Positions 59,538-64,000 of a DNA stretch of 64,000 nt are shown here, in pieces (within the stretch, counting starts at the first letter, position 1; the number at the start of each line of letters is the position of its first letter). The notes beneath the pieces are model-generated. The model saw only the letters and a list, made by a program, of their open reading frames with translations, had not been told where the DNA came from and made no database searches. Location: the NCBI GenBank assembly GCA_963694095.1, contig CAVOCG010000001.1, positions 9,663 to 73,662 of the forward strand, in the 5' to 3' direction. The translations under genes were made by a program, and so were the position numbers. The DNA comes from Gammaproteobacteria bacterium (GTDB taxonomy: Bacteria > Pseudomonadota > Gammaproteobacteria > Pseudomonadales > Pseudohongiellaceae).

Positions 59538-61571
59538 TTAGTGTGCCCCGCCAGCTTCCACCGCAGCGCCCGGTAGTGCCAACGCCGTAAGTGTGGCACC
59601 AGTTTGCAATATAATGTACTGATACCCATCAAGGACCCAGGAGCTCATGCCGTAGCGGCTGGCAGCGGGCACTTCGATTTCACCAATGATTTCTCCGCTT
59701 GCTTTGTCGATGCCGTAGAGCATGGGCGTGCCATCACTAGCGGCATCCGAATAGATCAGCATGTTAGCTGTCACCACCATCGGAACAAGCGCTCCAGTAC
59801 CAGTATTGCCAATATCAATGCCGGCAAGTGCCGGGTTATTTTTATACCGATCCGGGGTTTCACCGGTTGGAATCATCCATGCATGCTCACCCGTATTCAT
59901 GTCAATTGCAGTAATACGACTATAGGGAGGCTTCCACATAGGAATCCCAGCTGGATGGCGTGGAGGCCTCGCAGTGGCTCCACCCGTGCTGGCATATTGA
60001 GATAGCGTAGTCCCTGTTGTGTTTTCATAAAACAGGTCAGATTCCTCACCAGGTAATAAACGCAATGCGAAGCAGGCCTTGTGAGAAGAAACAAACAAAT
60101 AACCAGAAGTTGGATCAGCAACAGCCGGCGCTGTGATATTGGAACCACCAGACCCACCAGGGCAATTCATTGCCGCATACTTACCTTCGGGGTTTGTATC
60201 GTGAATAGGCGGATTGAAAAGCGGCCCCATCACATAGTCTGATATTGCCTCGATTGCCTGTGCCCGTAACTCCGGCGTGAAATCAACCAGATCATCGATG
60301 CCTATACCCTGCATATCGTAGGCTGCCGGTTTGGTGACATGGGGCTGAGTTGGTGATAACACTTCACCCGGCACAATGGATGGGGGTACCGGGCGATCCA
60401 CGATCGGCCACAGTGGTTCTCCTGTCAGGCGATCAAATGCATATACCCAGGCCTGCTTGGTAATTTGAGCCACTGCTGGAACCTGCCCTCGTCCTGGCAT
60501 ATCAAGATTAAGTAGCACCGGCGCTGTGGGGTTATCAAAATTCCAGATTTCATGTTTCACCATCTGGAAATGCCAGGCGCGTTCACCCGTTCGCGTATCG
60601 AGTGCGATCAGTGCAGCACCGTAAAGGTTGTCACCTGGTCTGAATCCCCCGTAGTAATCGATAGTGGCGCTATTAGTGGGGATGTAGACCAGATTATTCT
60701 CCGGATCTGCTGAAAGCGGCGCCCAGGAAGAGACATCTCCGGTCCATTCCCAGGCATCGTTTTCCCAGGTTTCGTGTCCATACTCGCCCGGCTTGGGAAT
60801 TACATTGAATTTCCATTTAAAGTCACCAGTTCTAGCGTCATAAGCCAGGATATCGCCTGGTACATTTTCAATTCGAGACTGGTGATAACCTTGTTCGGCG
60901 GAGTTACCAACAATTATTACATCGTTCACCACGATTGGCGGCGACGAGGAGGTGATGTAACCGGTTTCCAGCGGAATCCCTTCATAGGGATCATAGGGGT
61001 GTCCGAGATCAGCTATTAGATCGACGACTCCCGTTTGTGGAAAGCCATCAATCGGTACTGGATTACCGAAGCCTTCTAATGGGATGCCAGTATCAGCATC
61101 CAAAGCGGTGAGAAAGAAGGCTGGAGAGACGATGTAAATTACTCCGCGACCATCGATTTCCCCGTAACCCACTCCCTTGCCGTAATCGGCTCGCATCGAA
61201 TATTCTCCACGTGGTGTACCCGGCTCCCGATAAGACCAAATCGTCTCACCGGTCTTTGCATCTATGGCAACTACATGACGTCGATTTCCGACAACGGTGA
61301 ACATTTTCCCGTCAATAAAAGAAGGTGTGGAACGCCCGCTTACTGCATTAAAGCTGGCACCATTCCATTCCCACGCCACCTCAAGTTCTCCAAAGTTTTC
61401 TGCAGTAATCTGGTCAGCTGGCGTATAACGCGTGTGAGCGAAATCATTACCAAGTGTTGTCCATTCAATAGTGTCCTGTGCGACCACCAGATTTGAAGCA
61501 AGCACCAGCAAGATGGCTATCAAAGCATTTCTAAAAGCCCGCGAAATTTTACTAGTTACTAGAATTTGCAT
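59538..61571 (-). CDS. PQQ-dependent dehydrogenase, glucose/quinate/shikimate-type propeller with a single N-terminal anchor
   Basis: 677 aa. N-terminus W..LGND...TRY.P..QI and an internal block collinear with E. coli mGDH (KHEIWNFDNPTAPVL, FDRLTGEPLW, LSPTQP). Confidence 0.75.
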   Translation of the reverse strand: MQILVTSKISRAFRNALIAILLVLASNLVVAQDTIEWTTLGNDFAHTRYTPADQITAENFGELEVAWEWNGASFNAVSGRSTPSFIDGKMFTVVGNRRHVVAIDAKTGETIWSYREPGTPRGEYSMRADYGKGVGYGEIDGRGVIYIVSPAFFLTALDADTGIPLEGFGNPVPIDGFPQTGVVDLIADLGHPYDPYEGIPLETGYITSSSPPIVVNDVIIVGNSAEQGYHQSRIENVPGDILAYDARTGDFKWKFNVIPKPGEYGHETWENDAWEWTGDVSSWAPLSADPENNLVYIPTNSATIDYYGGFRPGDNLYGAALIALDTRTGERAWHFQMVKHEIWNFDNPTAPVLLNLDMPGRGQVPAVAQITKQAWVYAFDRLTGEPLWPIVDRPVPPSIVPGEVLSPTQPHVTKPAAYDMQGIGIDDLVDFTPELRAQAIEAISDYVMGPLFNPPIHDTNPEGKYAAMNCPGGSGGSNITAPAVADPTSGYLFVSSHKACFALRLLPGEESDLFYENTTGTTLSQYASTGGATARPPRHPAGIPMWKPPYSRITAIDMNTGEHAWMIPTGETPDRYKNNPALAGIDIGNTGTGALVPMVVTANMLIYSDAASDGTPMLYGIDKASGEIIGEIEVPAASRYGMSSWVLDGYQYIILQTGATLTALALPGAAVEAGGAH

Positions 61572-61876
61572 GAACCCCTCCTAATTTATTCGGAATCAAC
61601 CCATCAAGGTCAAATTAAAAATATCGTATTTTCTTCTGGCTAAAGACACATCTCAAGATATGGTCAGACAGATTGCTCCTGATCCGCAGATTAACCAATA
61701 AATGGCGCGTGGACCATATTTTTCTGCATTCATGTAACAATGGAAAAGAAATAAACCTGAATTAAACCCACTGAGATCTATTTGTGTATTCATAGTGATG
61801 TTTGGTAACCTTTCTGGCAACAAGCAACTCACTTAAACTAACCCCCAATTAGACAGGCAAATGCCGGGATAAGAAT

Positions 61877-62905
61877 ATGATCAACTATTCCTCACGTTCA
61901 TTGCAGTGCGCATTCGGTATTTTAGTTTCAGTCACAGCCTTGTCGAGCGCACTCCCTATTTCAGCTCAGAATAACGGGTCTTACACTATTCCAAGAACCA
62001 TAGATGGAGCGCCGGATTTACAAGGCATGTGGACTAATAACACGATTACACCTCTTTCCAGACCCGATCAGTTCGGTGACAAGCTGGTACTAACTGCGCA
62101 AGAGGCTTACCAGTTGGAACTGGATGTGGCAAACTACAATTCAGGTAGGGATCTGCCCAGCGACCCCGGTAGAGAAGCGCCTACCAAGGATCAAATCGAA
62201 ACAGCGGACAGCTACAACAATTTCTGGATGGATGGTGGCACAACAGTAGTCATGTACAACAATGAGTTTCGCAGTTCCCTGATTGTAGACCCACCAAATG
62301 GCCAAATGCCTGCCTATACCTTACAAGCTCAGGCGCGAATCGACATGGCAACTGCGTTAAGACGATCCCGTGGTGCCTTCGATGGTCCTGAATCTCGCCC
62401 TCTGGCAGAACGCTGCCTTATGTCCTTCGGGTCCAGTTCCGGGCCTCCCATGCTGCCAATACTTTACAACAACCACTATCAGATTGTGCAATCACCAGGC
62501 TATGTAATGATTCTGGTGGAAATGGTACATGACGTAAGGATCATTCGTGTCAGCGATCAACCTCTGCCAGCGGGTATGGAGCGCTGGATGGGCGACTCCG
62601 TCGGGCACTGGGAGGGAGACACACTAGTAGTAGAAACAGATGAATTTAACCCAAGCCAACGATTCAGGGGTGCATCGGAAAATTTGAAAGTTACCGAGCG
62701 CTTTACCCGGGTAGCAGACAACATCATCAACTACGGTTTTACCATAGAAGACCCGGATACTTTTACCGAATCCTGGTCTGCCGAGATGCCATTGAACCTG
62801 ACTGATGACAGGCTCTATGAATATGCCTGCCATGAAGGCAATTATTCCCTATCTGGTGTATTAGCTGGTGCCAGATTGGCTGAAAGTGAAGAGGCTTCCA
62901 GATAG
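61877..62905 (+). CDS. Exported protein of unknown function (paralogue of 30588-31424)
   Basis: 342 aa with a signal peptide. Shares HWEGDTLVVE and other blocks with the 30588 ORF. Confidence 0.6.
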   Translation: MINYSSRSLQCAFGILVSVTALSSALPISAQNNGSYTIPRTIDGAPDLQGMWTNNTITPLSRPDQFGDKLVLTAQEAYQLELDVANYNSGRDLPSDPGREAPTKDQIETADSYNNFWMDGGTTVVMYNNEFRSSLIVDPPNGQMPAYTLQAQARIDMATALRRSRGAFDGPESRPLAERCLMSFGSSSGPPMLPILYNNHYQIVQSPGYVMILVEMVHDVRIIRVSDQPLPAGMERWMGDSVGHWEGDTLVVETDEFNPSQRFRGASENLKVTERFTRVADNIINYGFTIEDPDTFTESWSAEMPLNLTDDRLYEYACHEGNYSLSGVLAGARLAESEEASR

Positions 62906-62984
62906 GCATTAGCAAGAACAAACTACGGTTTCTCAACTGGGATTAGCTGGCAAACCATAGCTGTAATTCGAAAAATTTAAGCGG

Positions 62985-64000
62985 CTAGTCTCCTAATGCA
63001 AAGGTTGACAGCCCGTGTCCTGAAATCACTGACACGTATTGAATTTCGTCTACCATAAAGGTAACTGGTGCCATCACTATTTGACCGCCCAGGTTTATCT
63101 TCCAAATCAACTCCCCTGTGCGTGCATCAATTGCATGAAAATAGCCTTCACGTCCGCCCGTAAATAATAGATCCGACGCCGTAGTTAACATGCCACTGTC
63201 ACTCACGTCGAACTGGTCATAGGACCACACCGCTTCACCGGTTTGCGGATCCATTGCCTTGAGTGAGGCATGGCCTACTTCACTAGTCCAGTTATTGATA
63301 GGGTTAGTGCGACCTATGCCAATAGTCGGTGCGCCAGGTGCCGGTGCCAGCACAGAAAATCCACCACCGAGAAACGCCCGTCCAGGTTCGTACTCAGATT
63401 CTTCAGCACGGTATATCGTGGCGTAATCATTCCAGGCGCTAAAATAAAACAGCCCAGTGCTTGGACTATATGAAGGGGGATACCAGTTGGTTCCACCCTG
63501 GTTGCCTGGGTAAGTCGGCATGCCTTCAGGTTGTGGGGTGGGGATTGGTCTGCCATGCTCATCCAAGCCGCTGGACCAGTTCACTCGCACATAAGGTTTG
63601 CCTTCGAGAAAATTTCCGGTTACGCGGTCCAGTACATAAAAGTAGCCATTGCGATTCGCCCACATCATGACTTTGGAGGGGGTGCCGCGCCATACTATAT
63701 CTGCCAGCACTGGAACCTGTACCGAGTCGTAGTCATATCCATCGTTCGGAGTAAACTGAAAATACCACTTGAGGTCGCCTGTATCTGCATCAAGCGCTAT
63801 AACTGAATCTGAGTATAGGTTATCACCCGGGCGTTGCCCTGCATTCCAGTCCGGCCCCGGATTGCCGACTCCCCAATAAGTCAGATTGAGTTCCGGGTCG
63901 AAGGAACCCGTGATCCACACCGGTGCACCACCATGCTTCCAGTCATCACCCTGCCAGGAATCATGATTTGGTTCACCAGGTGCCGGAATTGTATAAGTCT
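62985..64000 (-). CDS. PQQ-dependent dehydrogenase, methanol/ethanol family, with the 5' end beyond the window
   Basis: The frame stays open upstream of the listed GVG start to base 64000 (..TYTIPAPGEPNHDSWQGDDWKHGGAPVWITGSFDPELNL). It is collinear with 45859-47493. Confidence 0.85.
   Translation of the reverse strand, partial: TYTIPAPGEPNHDSWQGDDWKHGGAPVWITGSFDPELNLTYWGVGNPGPDWNAGQRPGDNLYSDSVIALDADTGDLKWYFQFTPNDGYDYDSVQVPVLADIVWRGTPSKVMMWANRNGYFYVLDRVTGNFLEGKPYVRVNWSSGLDEHGRPIPTPQPEGMPTYPGNQGGTNWYPPSYSPSTGLFYFSAWNDYATIYRAEESEYEPGRAFLGGGFSVLAPAPGAPTIGIGRTNPINNWTSEVGHASLKAMDPQTGEAVWSYDQFDVSDSGMLTTASDLLFTGGREGYFHAIDARTGELIWKINLGGQIVMAPVTFMVDEIQYVSVISGHGLSTFALGD

Overview
This is one contiguous bacterial chromosomal segment. 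Gene order looks gammaproteobacterial and the content looks marine, but that is inference only. All functional calls come from reading the translated ORFs by eye (motifs, length, synteny). No database search or alignment program was run. Reference sequences and residue numbers (rat PHM and PAL, Serratia NucA, MxaF/XoxF, E. coli mGDH) are quoted from memory. Bases 1-13.5 kb (minus strand) hold tuf, the full S10 and spc ribosomal operons (rpsJ to rplO, secY, rpmJ) and the start of the alpha operon (rpsM, rpsK). A tRNA-Tyr/Gly/Thr cluster lies upstream of tuf, followed by a SPOR-like gene, coaX, birA and cstA (to 18.1 kb). From 18.3 kb to the end the window looks accessory. It has no transposase, integrase, phage gene or CRISPR array, and it is packed with exported redox enzymes. 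These include four paralogous haem-c-fused copper monooxygenases carrying the PHM/DBH copper-ligand set, and two tandem NHL propellers that resemble peptidyl-alpha-hydroxyglycine lyase (PAL). There is also a HupE/UreJ-type metal permease, three PQQ dehydrogenases, several c-type cytochromes, a third (Tat-signal) NHL propeller and an SMP-30-type lactonase. Other genes are an M19 dipeptidase, a cupin, a TonB-dependent receptor and a nuclease-like protein whose catalytic His is replaced. A tightly packed envelope cluster sits next to a fused FO synthase (FbiC). It encodes an SDR, a flippase-like membrane protein, a CDP-alcohol phosphatidyltransferase, an MFS transporter, a B12-radical SAM enzyme and two GT9 transferases. 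The best candidate for an undescribed system is the co-localisation of PHM-like and PAL-like genes. This would be a split, periplasmic, cytochrome-wired analogue of eukaryotic peptide-amidating PAM. Two of the PHM-like genes form a 4.2-kb inverted duplication with near-identical gene-conversion tracts.
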